Part shown: piece after piece, positions 30,865 through 39,543 of the stretch
Numbering within the stretch: position 1 is the stretch's first letter
Layout of the letters: every line of letters begins with the position of its first letter
Assembly (NCBI GenBank): GCA_030428385.1
Contig: JAUIDY010000001.1
Coordinates: 14,279-78,278, forward strand
Origin: Rhodothermia bacterium
GTDB taxonomy: Bacteria; Bacteroidota; Rhodothermia; Rhodothermales; JAAAOL01
Reading direction: 5' to 3'
Length of the DNA: 64,000 nucleotides
Made by a program: the position numbers and the translations under genes
The notes under the pieces: model-generated
What the model was told of the DNA's origin: nothing
The model's database searches: none
Seen by the model: the letters and a program-made list of their open reading frames with translations, nothing else

Positions 30865-32874
30865 ATGCCCCAACGCTTACTGCTTTGCTTTGCGCTGTTT
30901 CTGTCCGTCACGTTGACGGCCCAGGGACAAGCCTGGATTAACGAACTGCACTACGACAATACCGGCGGTGATACCGGCGAGTTTATTGAAGTTGCCGGGG
31001 TTGCCGGAACGGACCTCACCGGCTGGTCGCTGGCACTCTACAATGGGGACGGGTCTGCCACCTATGACACCGAACCCCTTGCCGGAACCATCCCTGACCA
31101 GGGTGGTGGCTTTGGGACCCTGTCTTTTGCTATCGCCCCCATTCAAAATGGCGCACCCGATGGGCTCGCGCTTTGTGACGGCGTCGGCGTCGTGGTGAGT
31201 GGTACCACCACGCAGTTCCTCAGCTACGAAGGTGTGATTACGGCATCAGGAGGCTGCGCCGATGGCCTCACAAGCACCGACATCGGGGTTGATGAAGACC
31301 CGGCTCCTCCCATCGGCTCTTCGCTGGGCCTCGAAGGCACGGGCACCTCGTATGACGACTTCACCTGGACCACCTTCGCCGATGACTCGCCGGGTGCAGT
31401 GAATGCCGGTCAGTCGTTTGGTGTTGGCCCGCTGCCCACCACCGATGCCGGTATCTGGTTCAATGAGGCGCACTACCAAGACACCGATGCTGTAACGACC
31501 ACCTTCCTAGAGTTGGTGGCGGATGGAGGCGGCTTAGGGCCTGCCATGGGCGCTCTCCCCGAAAACCCCGACCTCACCTTGAACAAAACAAGCAGCCCAA
31601 TTCCTGTTGTTCCGGGTGTGTCGGTGGTGCTTTATGAAGCCGCAACGGGAATGATTGCCACCCTGCCGCCAGCTCTGGGAGGCGGCCCGGCTATCCTTCC
31701 CCTGGGCTTCTTTACCCCTGGAGAAACCATTGGCGACTTCACGTTCCTCACCTTCGGCGGCGACACGGAATTCCTCTTTGCCGCTGCGGGAGATGCCCTT
31801 GCCCTGTGCTTTGATCTCGGTTTGCCCGGTGAAGCCATCCTCGAAAGTGGCGGCGCCGTGCAGTTCTTCAGCCAACTCGGCACCACAACCGCTGCCGTAG
31901 GCTGTGCCGCAGGCCGCACCAGCACCGACCTCGGCGTCTCCGAAGACACCTCCACCCTGCCGGGCGCCTCGATCGGCCTCACGGATGGCCCCGGCGCAGG
32001 CATGGACTTTGGCGACTTCGTTCCGACAACCTTCCCCAATACCGATATCCCACGGGCCACCCCTGGCAGTCCCAACTTCTACCAGTCGTTCGCCATCACC
32101 AACGAGTGCCCTGCACCGTTTGGCATCGATGACTTCAAAAGTGGGCCCAACAACAAGGAATTCGTCTCCTTCCTCACCAACCCCGCCACCGACCTGACCT
32201 CTCCCCAACTGTATCTGGTGATGTATGACGGCGCGACGGGAGACGCCTATTTCAGCACCACGCTCGATGGCACAACCGATGGCGCTGGGGGCTATGTGAT
32301 TGGGGCTAAAAAAGTGATCCCCCGGGACCAAAACCTGCCCCCCGGCACCATCCAGCCCGGCCCTGATGGCATTGCGGTGCTCACCCGCGATGTGCCGCTG
32401 GGCTCGAGTGTCTATACCCTCACTTTCCCCAATGAAGTCTGCGCGTACCTGTACTACCAGAACAAAACCACCATTCTGGTCAACTACGGAACGCCCGGAC
32501 CGACCAAAAAACCGAGCGACGTTGGGTTTGACCTACTGGCCTTCCTGACCGCCCAACAGCAGCAGGAGGCCCCGCTCGCTTTGTTGGAAGAAGACACCGC
32601 GACGCTGCCGACTAACTTTACCCTGGATCAGAACTACCCGAACCCGTTCAACCCCACCACCGCGATACAATTCGCGCTGCCCGAAGCCGCCGATGTCTCG
32701 CTGGTGGTATATGACATGCTCGGGCGGGCTGTTCAAGAACTCGTTGCCCGCCCCATGGAAGCGGGCTCCTACACCGTCTCGTTCGATGCCCAGGGCCTGC
32801 CAAGTGGCATGTACATCTATCGCCTGACAGCGGGCGGCTTCTCTCAAACCAAACGCATGGTCCTGCTGAAGTAG
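30865..32874 (+). CDS. T9SS-secreted protein with two N-terminal lamin-tail-like domains
   Basis: Signal MPQRLLLCFALFLSVTLTAQGQ. AWINELHYDNTGGDTGEFIEVAG...LTGWSLALYNG is followed by a second copy IWFNEAHYQD...FLELV. The T9SS C-terminal domain is NYPNPFNPTTAIQFAL...GMYIYRL...MVLLK. Confidence 0.7.
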   Translation: MPQRLLLCFALFLSVTLTAQGQAWINELHYDNTGGDTGEFIEVAGVAGTDLTGWSLALYNGDGSATYDTEPLAGTIPDQGGGFGTLSFAIAPIQNGAPDGLALCDGVGVVVSGTTTQFLSYEGVITASGGCADGLTSTDIGVDEDPAPPIGSSLGLEGTGTSYDDFTWTTFADDSPGAVNAGQSFGVGPLPTTDAGIWFNEAHYQDTDAVTTTFLELVADGGGLGPAMGALPENPDLTLNKTSSPIPVVPGVSVVLYEAATGMIATLPPALGGGPAILPLGFFTPGETIGDFTFLTFGGDTEFLFAAAGDALALCFDLGLPGEAILESGGAVQFFSQLGTTTAAVGCAAGRTSTDLGVSEDTSTLPGASIGLTDGPGAGMDFGDFVPTTFPNTDIPRATPGSPNFYQSFAITNECPAPFGIDDFKSGPNNKEFVSFLTNPATDLTSPQLYLVMYDGATGDAYFSTTLDGTTDGAGGYVIGAKKVIPRDQNLPPGTIQPGPDGIAVLTRDVPLGSSVYTLTFPNEVCAYLYYQNKTTILVNYGTPGPTKKPSDVGFDLLAFLTAQQQQEAPLALLEEDTATLPTNFTLDQNYPNPFNPTTAIQFALPEAADVSLVVYDMLGRAVQELVARPMEAGSYTVSFDAQGLPSGMYIYRLTAGGFSQTKRMVLLK

Positions 32875-32907
32875 CCCTACGTTTGTACCACCCATTACCC
32901 CGAAAAA

Positions 32908-32940
32908 AGCCGGAGCAGCTGCCATGCTCCGGCTTTTTTT
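32908..32940 (+). terminator. Rho-independent terminator
   Basis: A 10-bp perfect stem agccggagca/tgctccggct with a 7-nt loop and T7. It is preceded by A6, so it could act bidirectionally. Confidence 0.7.
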
Positions 32941-33119
32941 GTACCTCCGTCAGGTGCAGACTCTTTTCCCTGTTAAAATGCGATTAAGTGATTTATAAAG
33001 TAACGCTAAATGTCGAGATTAATACGTACCACGTGTTGCCTGAGGCCTCAACAAGGCAGGCGCCTGGGGGGACAAGGGCAGCGCACATGACCTGACCGAC
33101 TAGCCGTACGAGGTGGTTT

Positions 33120-34400
33120 ATGTATGTGCACTCTCCGATCCACGCCGCCCCCTACAGGGGCCTGCTCCGTCTCAAGTGGAACCACGCCTTTCTGATTCTA
33201 CTTGGTGCCTTCTTCGTTTTCAGCCTGGCAGGCTGCGATCTTTTTCCTGGAGACGAGGACGAGCAAGAACTCACCCTTGCCGAAACCGACGACCCGCTGG
33301 CTCCCTTCGCCGCCGCCCATAGCGATGGCAGCAACCTGGTTGCCCTCTCAAGCGGGGGGCTCGCAGGTGTGAACGGGGTGGTGTATACCACCTCGGATGG
33401 GCAGAAAGTGGGCCTGGAATTGGACAGCCAGGGCTTGCCCCAGACCCTCCACATTGGCGGCGCGGTGGTGTTGTTCGAGAATTTCCGGGCGGACGAAGTA
33501 GACCTTGCCGTGATTTTGCCCGACGGCGAAATTGAAATCGTACGCGACGCCCCGCTGGGAGACGCGGGGTCGGCCCAACTCGCAGCGTTGCTTGTGGCGA
33601 GCAAAAACGCGTCTACCTTCACCGACGCCGTGAAAGCCCTCGGACTCTCGCTCAACATTGCGGTATGTACCGTGGGCACCCCTGTTGCGCTAGCGACAGG
33701 CGTGGGAGCCGTAGCGGGTACCGGCCTTGCGCTTACCTGTGCCAGTGCCCTGCTGGCCGTCCTCCAAGAAAGTGGCAACCTCGAAGGTACTGTGGCCGAC
33801 ATTGCAGGCATTGAGATCGGGGCCTTTGCGGCGGCCTTTGATGCCATCGGGTGCAACCCCAGCATCACCAGCTTTGTGAACTGCTTACAAGCCCTCGTCG
33901 GATCCATCAACGTCTACATCGACACCCGCGACCTCGCCAATGAATCTATCGACGGGCAGGTGCAGTTGGCGCGGGGCGTCTTGCGTACCGGCGCAGGCGA
34001 AGTGAAGGTGACGCTCACCTGGAACAACACCGCCGACCTGGACCTGTGGGTGACGGACCCCTGTGGCGAAGCCATTGGCTGGAGCCATCGCACCTCGCAA
34101 TCGGGGGGGCAACTGGATGTGGATGACACCAGCGGCTTCGGTCCGGAGAACATCTTCTGGCTCAACGGCACGGCCCCGCCCGGAAGCTATCAGGTGGAGG
34201 TGGATCATTTTTCCGGCCCTGGCCCCTCTACGTTCGACATCTTCATCCAGCATCCCGGCGACCCCATCACACAACTACGGGGCAGTATCAACACGGACGA
34301 ACGGCGCACCATCACCAACTTTACCGTGACCGGTACGAGCGGCGTGTGTGGAGCTACCCTTCCTAAAACGCCCGCCCCGGCGACCAAACCGACGCGTTGA
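33120..34400 (+). CDS. Lipoprotein with C-terminal DUF2135/YfaP-like domain
   Basis: Lipobox FVFSLAGC. The C-terminus VTLTWNNTADLDLWVTDPCGEAIGW...GGQLDVDDTSGFGPENIFW...PGSYQVEVDHF resembles the DUF2135 signature (from memory). Confidence 0.55.
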   Translation: MYVHSPIHAAPYRGLLRLKWNHAFLILLGAFFVFSLAGCDLFPGDEDEQELTLAETDDPLAPFAAAHSDGSNLVALSSGGLAGVNGVVYTTSDGQKVGLELDSQGLPQTLHIGGAVVLFENFRADEVDLAVILPDGEIEIVRDAPLGDAGSAQLAALLVASKNASTFTDAVKALGLSLNIAVCTVGTPVALATGVGAVAGTGLALTCASALLAVLQESGNLEGTVADIAGIEIGAFAAAFDAIGCNPSITSFVNCLQALVGSINVYIDTRDLANESIDGQVQLARGVLRTGAGEVKVTLTWNNTADLDLWVTDPCGEAIGWSHRTSQSGGQLDVDDTSGFGPENIFWLNGTAPPGSYQVEVDHFSGPGPSTFDIFIQHPGDPITQLRGSINTDERRTITNFTVTGTSGVCGATLPKTPAPATKPTR

Positions 34401-34420
34401 TTCGCGGCGTTCTTCGGTAC

Positions 34421-35131
34421 CTATCCTTCCTCCCGTATCAACCGCTGCATCTCGGCGGGCAGTTTTTTTGCGCCTTCGCGTAGGATGCTTCGGTGCGTGG
34501 CGGCCCGGTGGTGCATCAAGAACGTAAAAATGGCCTCTGGGTCGTGCTTGCTGGCTTCGCGGAGCGCCCAGCCCACGGCCTTCCGGACGATGGGCGCGGG
34601 ATCATCCAGCAGCGGCAGGCAGAGTTGGAGTGCTTCGTCCACATGCGCCCGCCCTTTCTGGTTGAGCGCGGCTGCCACCGCCATCGGAAAGCGCCGCCGC
34701 CATGGGTTCGCAGAGGCCGTGCAAGCCATCAACGCCTCCATTTTGCCAAGGTCGCGGGCAACGACCTCAGTGGCGATGCCCGTTGCCAGTTGGTCGCAGA
34801 TCTCCCAATCCGCCACCTCGTCCAGCCACCGGTCAACAGATTGCCACAACTCAGGTGGAAAGGAACGCTTGCGGTGGGCCAGCCAGAACAGCCCCACGCA
34901 CACGTCTTCACGGACATGCGTGGCGAAGGCATCATCGACCAGCGCCACCACGTCGGCCACCGGTACGTTACGATGGGCGCGGTGCACCTCACGGGCGATG
35001 GCGCGCAGGTGCGGCACCCGCACCCCCCGGACGATCCAGCCCGTGGGCACCAACGCCAACAGGGTTTTGCGGTAGGCCGGATCGAGGTGCGCGGCAAGGC
35101 GCGAAGAAAGGATTTCGTGTAAAGGTGACAT
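34421..35131 (-). CDS. DNA alkylation repair protein (AlkD-like HEAT-repeat family)
   Basis: From ATG 35131 the protein starts MSPLHEILSSRLAAHLDPAYRK.... The helical repeat pattern carries the WEICDQLATG, NPWRRRFPMVA-like and VRKAVGWALRE blocks of this family. The remainder of ORF 34421..35857 is antisense to trxA. Confidence 0.65.
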   Translation of the reverse strand: MSPLHEILSSRLAAHLDPAYRKTLLALVPTGWIVRGVRVPHLRAIAREVHRAHRNVPVADVVALVDDAFATHVREDVCVGLFWLAHRKRSFPPELWQSVDRWLDEVADWEICDQLATGIATEVVARDLGKMEALMACTASANPWRRRFPMAVAAALNQKGRAHVDEALQLCLPLLDDPAPIVRKAVGWALREASKHDPEAIFTFLMHHRAATHRSILREGAKKLPAEMQRLIREEG

Positions 35132-35452
35132 GGCGACAACAGGAAACGGCGAGGATACAACGCGCCCTTTCCCAAGCAGCGCCGCCGCACAAGGTTCCAA
35201 GCCACGACGCACATCAACTAGCCATGCTGCCACTATGGCGCATAGGGGGAAATGGCACAGGTATTGTCTGTTGTAACAAATAACAATGCCCGGACACCAA
35301 AGGGCGTTGTTTTTATCCGCAGCGGCTTCGGCCAAAGCGGCTATAAAACTGAAACTATGACGAGGGCCTTCGGTTGTAGGAGCCATCTTACAATCCTCGA
35401 TACTCGTCCCACCGAATCCCAACCCATTCAATTTATAAAGGAGGATCCATCC

Positions 35453-35800
35453 ATGGCAGCAAACGCCAAATATGTGACCCTGACAGACGGCACGTTTCAA
35501 GAAGAAGTTCTGGGCGCTGATCAGCCCGTTCTCGTTGACTTCTGGGCGACCTGGTGTGGCCCGTGCCGCATGATTGCACCGGTCATCGAAGAGTTGGCTA
35601 GCGAGTACGAGGGGCGTGCCAAAATCGCCAAGATGGACGTGGACCACAACCCGCAGGTCCCGATGCATTTCGGCGTCCGCTCCATCCCCACGCTGCTTTT
35701 CTTCAAAGACGGACAGGTCGTCGATCAGTTGATTGGCGCGGTCTCGAAGAAAGTGTTGGCCGACAAACTCGACGCGCTCGTCGCCGAACCCGCGGTGTAA
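35453..35800 (+). CDS. trxA: Thioredoxin
   Basis: VLVDFWATWCGPCRMIAP active site in a 115-aa protein. An aaggagga sequence sits 8 nt upstream of ATG 35453. Confidence 0.95.
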   Translation: MAANAKYVTLTDGTFQEEVLGADQPVLVDFWATWCGPCRMIAPVIEELASEYEGRAKIAKMDVDHNPQVPMHFGVRSIPTLLFFKDGQVVDQLIGAVSKKVLADKLDALVAEPAV

Positions 35801-35841
35801 TGCGTTGCCCATAGATGCGGCCCCGAAGCCGCTGCTGGTAC

Positions 35842-35891
35842 CGCCCGGAGTGGGCACGGCCTTTTAGCCGATCCGCTCCGGGCGCTTTTTT
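35842..35891 (+). terminator. Probable terminator after trxA
   Basis: A 9-bp stem cgcccggag/ctccgggcg with a long 25-nt loop, followed by cttttttc. Confidence 0.45.
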
Positions 35892-35914
35892 CGTCCCTTG
35901 CGCGAACTGGTCTT

Positions 35915-36760
35915 ATGGAAGCCCCCTCTGCCCGCCCCGCCGACGTGTATATCCATGGCACCGTGCCCGAAGAGCAGGCGCGGCTGTCGATGCTGAACGA
36001 CCTGCTCAACGGCCCGAGCCTGGACGCGCTGGGCCTTATGGGCGGCGAGCGAATCTTGGATGTGGGAAGCGGCCTCGGGCAGTTTACGCGGCAGATGGCC
36101 CGTGCGGCAGGCCCCAGCGGCTACGTGCTGGGCATCGAGCGGGACGCGGCGCAACGAGAGCAAGCCACTCAACTCGCCGCCGACGCAGCCGAAGCCGACC
36201 TTGTCACCTTCCGCGCCGGTGATGCGACGGCGTTGCCGTTGACTCCCGACGAACAGGGCACCTTCGATGTGGTGCACACGCGCTTTTTGCTCGAACACGT
36301 AATCGATCCGCTCGCGGTGGTGCGGCAGATGGTGCACGCGGCGCGTCCGGGCGGGCGCATCGTCTTGGCCGACGACGACCACGAAGTGCTGCGTGTGTGG
36401 CCGGAGCCGCCGGGGCTGTACGACCTGTGGCGCGCTTACTACCGCGTCTACGACCGCCTCGGCAACGACCCGCAGGTGGGGCGGCGGCTGGTGTCGCTGC
36501 TGCATGAGGCCGGGGCTGATCCGCGCCGCAACACCTGGATCTTTTTCGGCAGTTGCTCCGGCGAACCGCGCTTTCGGCAGTTTGTCGAAAACCTGATCGG
36601 TGTCATCGACAGCGCACGCGCGGCTATCCTTGCCCACGCGTTCTTCGACGAGACCTATTTCGACGAAACCGTCGCCAGCTTTCGGGCCTGGAGCCAACGC
36701 CCCGACGCCGCCATCTGGTACGCGCTCAGTTGGGCCGAGGGTGTGAAACGAGCGACGTAA
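35915..36760 (+). CDS. Class I SAM-dependent methyltransferase
   Basis: Motif I ILDVGSGLGQFTRQMA; post-I and motif II DVVHTRFLLEHV. Confidence 0.75.
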   Translation: MEAPSARPADVYIHGTVPEEQARLSMLNDLLNGPSLDALGLMGGERILDVGSGLGQFTRQMARAAGPSGYVLGIERDAAQREQATQLAADAAEADLVTFRAGDATALPLTPDEQGTFDVVHTRFLLEHVIDPLAVVRQMVHAARPGGRIVLADDDHEVLRVWPEPPGLYDLWRAYYRVYDRLGNDPQVGRRLVSLLHEAGADPRRNTWIFFGSCSGEPRFRQFVENLIGVIDSARAAILAHAFFDETYFDETVASFRAWSQRPDAAIWYALSWAEGVKRAT

Positions 36761-36841
36761 AACGTGAACTTAATTATTAACGCCGGTGTGTGATCGCTTT
36801 CCTACTGATGCCACTGACCGGAATGACTAGCCCCTGAACCT

Positions 36842-37846
36842 ATGACTACCAACGGAACCCCTGACCTCGTTGCTTTTGAGGGCTTTGACTTTACCGACGC
36901 CGAACACCGGAACGTGGTGATTATTGGAACGGGACCGGCGGGCTACACGGCGGCGCTGTATGCCGCACGCGCCAACCTGGAGCCGCTCGTCTTTAAAGGC
37001 CCGCAGCCTGGCGGTCAGTTGATCACTACCACCGACGTGGAGAACTACCCCGGCTACCCAGATGGCGTGATGGGCCCCGATATGATGGTCGATTTTGAGA
37101 AGCAGGCGGATCGGTTTGGAGCCGACCTGCGCTGGGGCACCGTCACGGCGGTCGACTTTTCGGAGCGTCCGTTTAAGCTGATCGTCGATGGCGAAACGGC
37201 CATTCTGGCCGACACCGTGATTATTGCCACGGGCGCGTCGGCGCGGTACCTGGGGCTGGAGCACGAGGCGCGGCTGCTGGGGCGCGGCGTGTCGGCATGT
37301 GCCACATGCGACGGCGCATTTTTCCGGGGCGAAGATGTGGCCATTGTCGGCGGCGGCGACACCGCGATGGAAGAAGCGCTATTCCTCACCCGTTTTGCCA
37401 ACAAAGTCTTCGCCATCCACCGCCGCGACGAACTGCGGGCGTCGAAGATTATGCAAGAGCGTGCCTTTGCCCACGAAAAGATTGAGTTCATCTGGAACAC
37501 CGAAGTCACCAATGTCCTCGGCGAGCAGCAGGTAGAAGGCGTCGAACTGTATAACAACCAGACGCAGGAGACCACCACGTTGCCCGTCGGCGCGCTGTTC
37601 GTCGCCATCGGGCACTCGCCCAACACGGAGTTGTTCAAAGGCTGGCTGGACATGAACGACGTGGGCTACATCGAGACGCAGCCCGGCTCTACGTATACCA
37701 ACATCCCCGGCGTTTTCGTCGCAGGCGATGCCCAAGACCACGTCTACCGTCAGGCTATCACCGCCGCAGGCACCGGCTGCATGGCTGCCATCGACGCCGA
37801 GCGCTGGCTGGCCGAGCAGGAAGCGCCTGTAGAGGCCGCGGGGTAA
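36842..37846 (+). CDS. trxB: Thioredoxin-disulfide reductase
   Basis: FAD site IIGTGPAGYTAALYAAR, redox CATCDG and NADPH site VGGGDTAMEEA. Confidence 0.95.
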   Translation: MTTNGTPDLVAFEGFDFTDAEHRNVVIIGTGPAGYTAALYAARANLEPLVFKGPQPGGQLITTTDVENYPGYPDGVMGPDMMVDFEKQADRFGADLRWGTVTAVDFSERPFKLIVDGETAILADTVIIATGASARYLGLEHEARLLGRGVSACATCDGAFFRGEDVAIVGGGDTAMEEALFLTRFANKVFAIHRRDELRASKIMQERAFAHEKIEFIWNTEVTNVLGEQQVEGVELYNNQTQETTTLPVGALFVAIGHSPNTELFKGWLDMNDVGYIETQPGSTYTNIPGVFVAGDAQDHVYRQAITAAGTGCMAAIDAERWLAEQEAPVEAAG

Positions 37847-38464
37847 TCACACCACCGCCACCCCGGCGATGTGAGGCCGCACGATGTTGGGAATGGGAAG
37901 GTTAAAAGACTCCATCTGCACGTCTGAGAAGCCTGCTTCCCGGAGAGCCTTTGCCGTATCTCGGTCAGGGCGGCAGCCGTCGGCAACGAGCCGCCAAGCG
38001 GGACGAACGAGCCGCTGAAGCCCACGCAGGAACGAGCCCTCGGGCGCGATGACGTGTTCGATGAAGAAGAACCGTCCCCCGGGTTTAAGCACGCGCCGGA
38101 TCTCGCCGAGCGTCGCGGCGGGATCGGCAACCGAGCACAGCACCAGCGTGCTGATGACAGCATCTACGCTGGCATCGGCAAGGGCGAGGGCTTCGAGCGT
38201 GGCGGCGTGGATCTCGATGGACCGCTTTTTCCCCGAAGCCTTGGCGCGGATGTATTTGTGCAGGTGCGCATTCGGCTCCACCCCGATCCAATGGATGTCT
38301 GTGGGCAGATAGAGCAGGTTGAGGCCCGTACCGGGGCCAATCTCCACGACGGTGCCCTGTAGGTCGGCAAACAGCGCCTGCTTGCGCTTTCCGTACAGCG
38401 CATGCTGCTCCCCATCGCCCATTGCGAGCATCGCGGCAAAACCTCGTTTGTACCAGTTGGGCAT
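37847..38464 (-). CDS. Class I SAM-dependent methyltransferase (Methyltransf_11-like)
   Basis: VVEIGPGTGLNLLYL motif I and LKPGGRFFFIEH. The stop codon abuts the trxB stop with zero spacer. ATG 38464 was chosen. Confidence 0.75.
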   Translation of the reverse strand: MPNWYKRGFAAMLAMGDGEQHALYGKRKQALFADLQGTVVEIGPGTGLNLLYLPTDIHWIGVEPNAHLHKYIRAKASGKKRSIEIHAATLEALALADASVDAVISTLVLCSVADPAATLGEIRRVLKPGGRFFFIEHVIAPEGSFLRGLQRLVRPAWRLVADGCRPDRDTAKALREAGFSDVQMESFNLPIPNIVRPHIAGVAVV

Positions 38465-38564
38465 GGGTGGGCTGGAAAAGCAGACGCAGGAAGAACACGC
38501 TGATACCAAAACAGCGCACCGGCGAACCGATACGCTGTCTGGTTACGTTGCGTGCGCGACGGTG

Positions 38565-39053
38565 CTAGGCATCCGGGTTGGCCGGGACGCGGATCTGCTG
38601 GCCGGGGTAGATGAGGTCGGGGTTTTTAATGACCTCTTTGTTGGCCTCGAACAGGTCGGTCCACTTGTTGGCGTTGCCATAGTGCGCCTTGGCAATCTTG
38701 CTGAGCGAGTCGCCGCGCTGGACGGTGTAGAAGGTAAAGGCCGGTTCGGCTGCGGCCGCTTCCGCTAGGGCTTCTTCGGCTTCAGCGCGGATCATGTCCA
38801 GCGGCTTCACGGTCAGGTTGGTGTCGTCCACCTTGTCCACATGCTCCACGTTGCCCGCCAGCAACACCGCTTTCTGCTTGGTGGAGTTGTAATCGACCAT
38901 GCCGCTGAGTGTCACCGTGCCGCCGTCATAGGCCACGCTCAGGTTTTCCACCCGGTCGCCGAGACCATTGGTGATGTCGTTATAGATGGTCTGCTCGATT
39001 TTGTCTTCATCGACCTTGCGGCCAATGCCTCGGATAAAGTCAAAAAGTCCCAT
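38565..39053 (-). CDS. BON + LysM domain protein (Kbp/YgaU-like)
   Basis: N-terminus MGLFDFIRGIGRK, a BON-like middle, and C-terminal LysM YTVQRGDSLSKIAKAHYGNANKWTDLFEANKEVIKNPDLIYPGQQIRVP. Confidence 0.8.
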   Translation of the reverse strand: MGLFDFIRGIGRKVDEDKIEQTIYNDITNGLGDRVENLSVAYDGGTVTLSGMVDYNSTKQKAVLLAGNVEHVDKVDDTNLTVKPLDMIRAEAEEALAEAAAAEPAFTFYTVQRGDSLSKIAKAHYGNANKWTDLFEANKEVIKNPDLIYPGQQIRVPANPDA

Positions 39054-39253
39054 GGTTGGTTTCTTTTTTTGAGTGGGTAAAGGGGTGGTGGTTTGATTCA
39101 AGGTAGACGCCCACAGGGAAAAAGGGGTTTCCCGGTACTGGGTTATCCGGGTCGTTACCAAGGCGTTACAAGACCATAAAAAGGGGTGCTTGACGCCTCC
39201 GTCGATGTCCAGTAACTAGCAAAGACCCATTCATCAACAACGAGGAACGTCCT

Positions 39254-39451
39254 ATGTCCATAGCCAAAGTCATCGAAGTGCTTTCCGAAGGCGAGTCCAT
39301 CGAGGCCGCCTGCGAGAACGCCGTCTCCGAAGCCTCCGACAGTGTACGTAACATCGTGCACTTGTACATCAATGAGTTGCAGGCTGAGGTGAAGGATAAC
39401 AAAATCACCAAATACCGCGTGAATGCGAAGGTGACGTTTGTGGTCGATTAA
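39254..39451 (+). CDS. Dodecin-family flavin-binding protein
   Basis: A 65-aa protein, MSIAKVIEVLSEGESIEAACENAVSEASDSVRNI...KYRVNAKVTFVV, with typical dodecin length and pattern. Confidence 0.7.
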   Translation: MSIAKVIEVLSEGESIEAACENAVSEASDSVRNIVHLYINELQAEVKDNKITKYRVNAKVTFVVD

Positions 39452-39474
39452 TCCACCACAGCACAGGATTAATA

Positions 39475-39510
39475 GCGGCGAGGCCCGTGTTCGAGCCTCG
39501 CCGCTTTTTT
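39475..39510 (+). terminator. Rho-independent terminator between convergent dodecin and gdh genes
   Basis: A 10-bp perfect stem gcggcgaggc/gcctcgccgc with a 10-nt loop and T6. Confidence 0.7.
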
Positions 39511-39543
39511 GTTATTGCCAAGCGGAAGCGCTTCCGAAGCCGA

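Noticed and set aside
34421-35857. A 478-aa minus-strand ORF that would be one large gene spanning the trxA locus
   Set aside because: Only the last 236 aa (from ATG 35131) have a coherent AlkD-like HEAT-repeat sequence. The upstream part is antisense to the unmistakable trxA gene (WCGPC) and its promoter, and reads as low-information Arg/Gly/His-rich sequence.
37841-37852. Zero-spacer convergent stops (trxB versus the methyltransferase), and a 4-nt stop-stop overlap at 49719-49722
   Set aside because: This is real but commonplace in compact high-G+C genomes, with no evidence of special regulation. It is noted only as a caution that terminators must lie inside the opposing genes.
39475-39510. 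gttcgagcc sequence resembling a tRNA T-arm
   Set aside because: It is simply the loop and 3' arm of a 10-bp terminator hairpin. No acceptor, D or anticodon arms can be drawn, and no other tRNA-like T-loops (GGTTCGAATCC type) were seen in the window.
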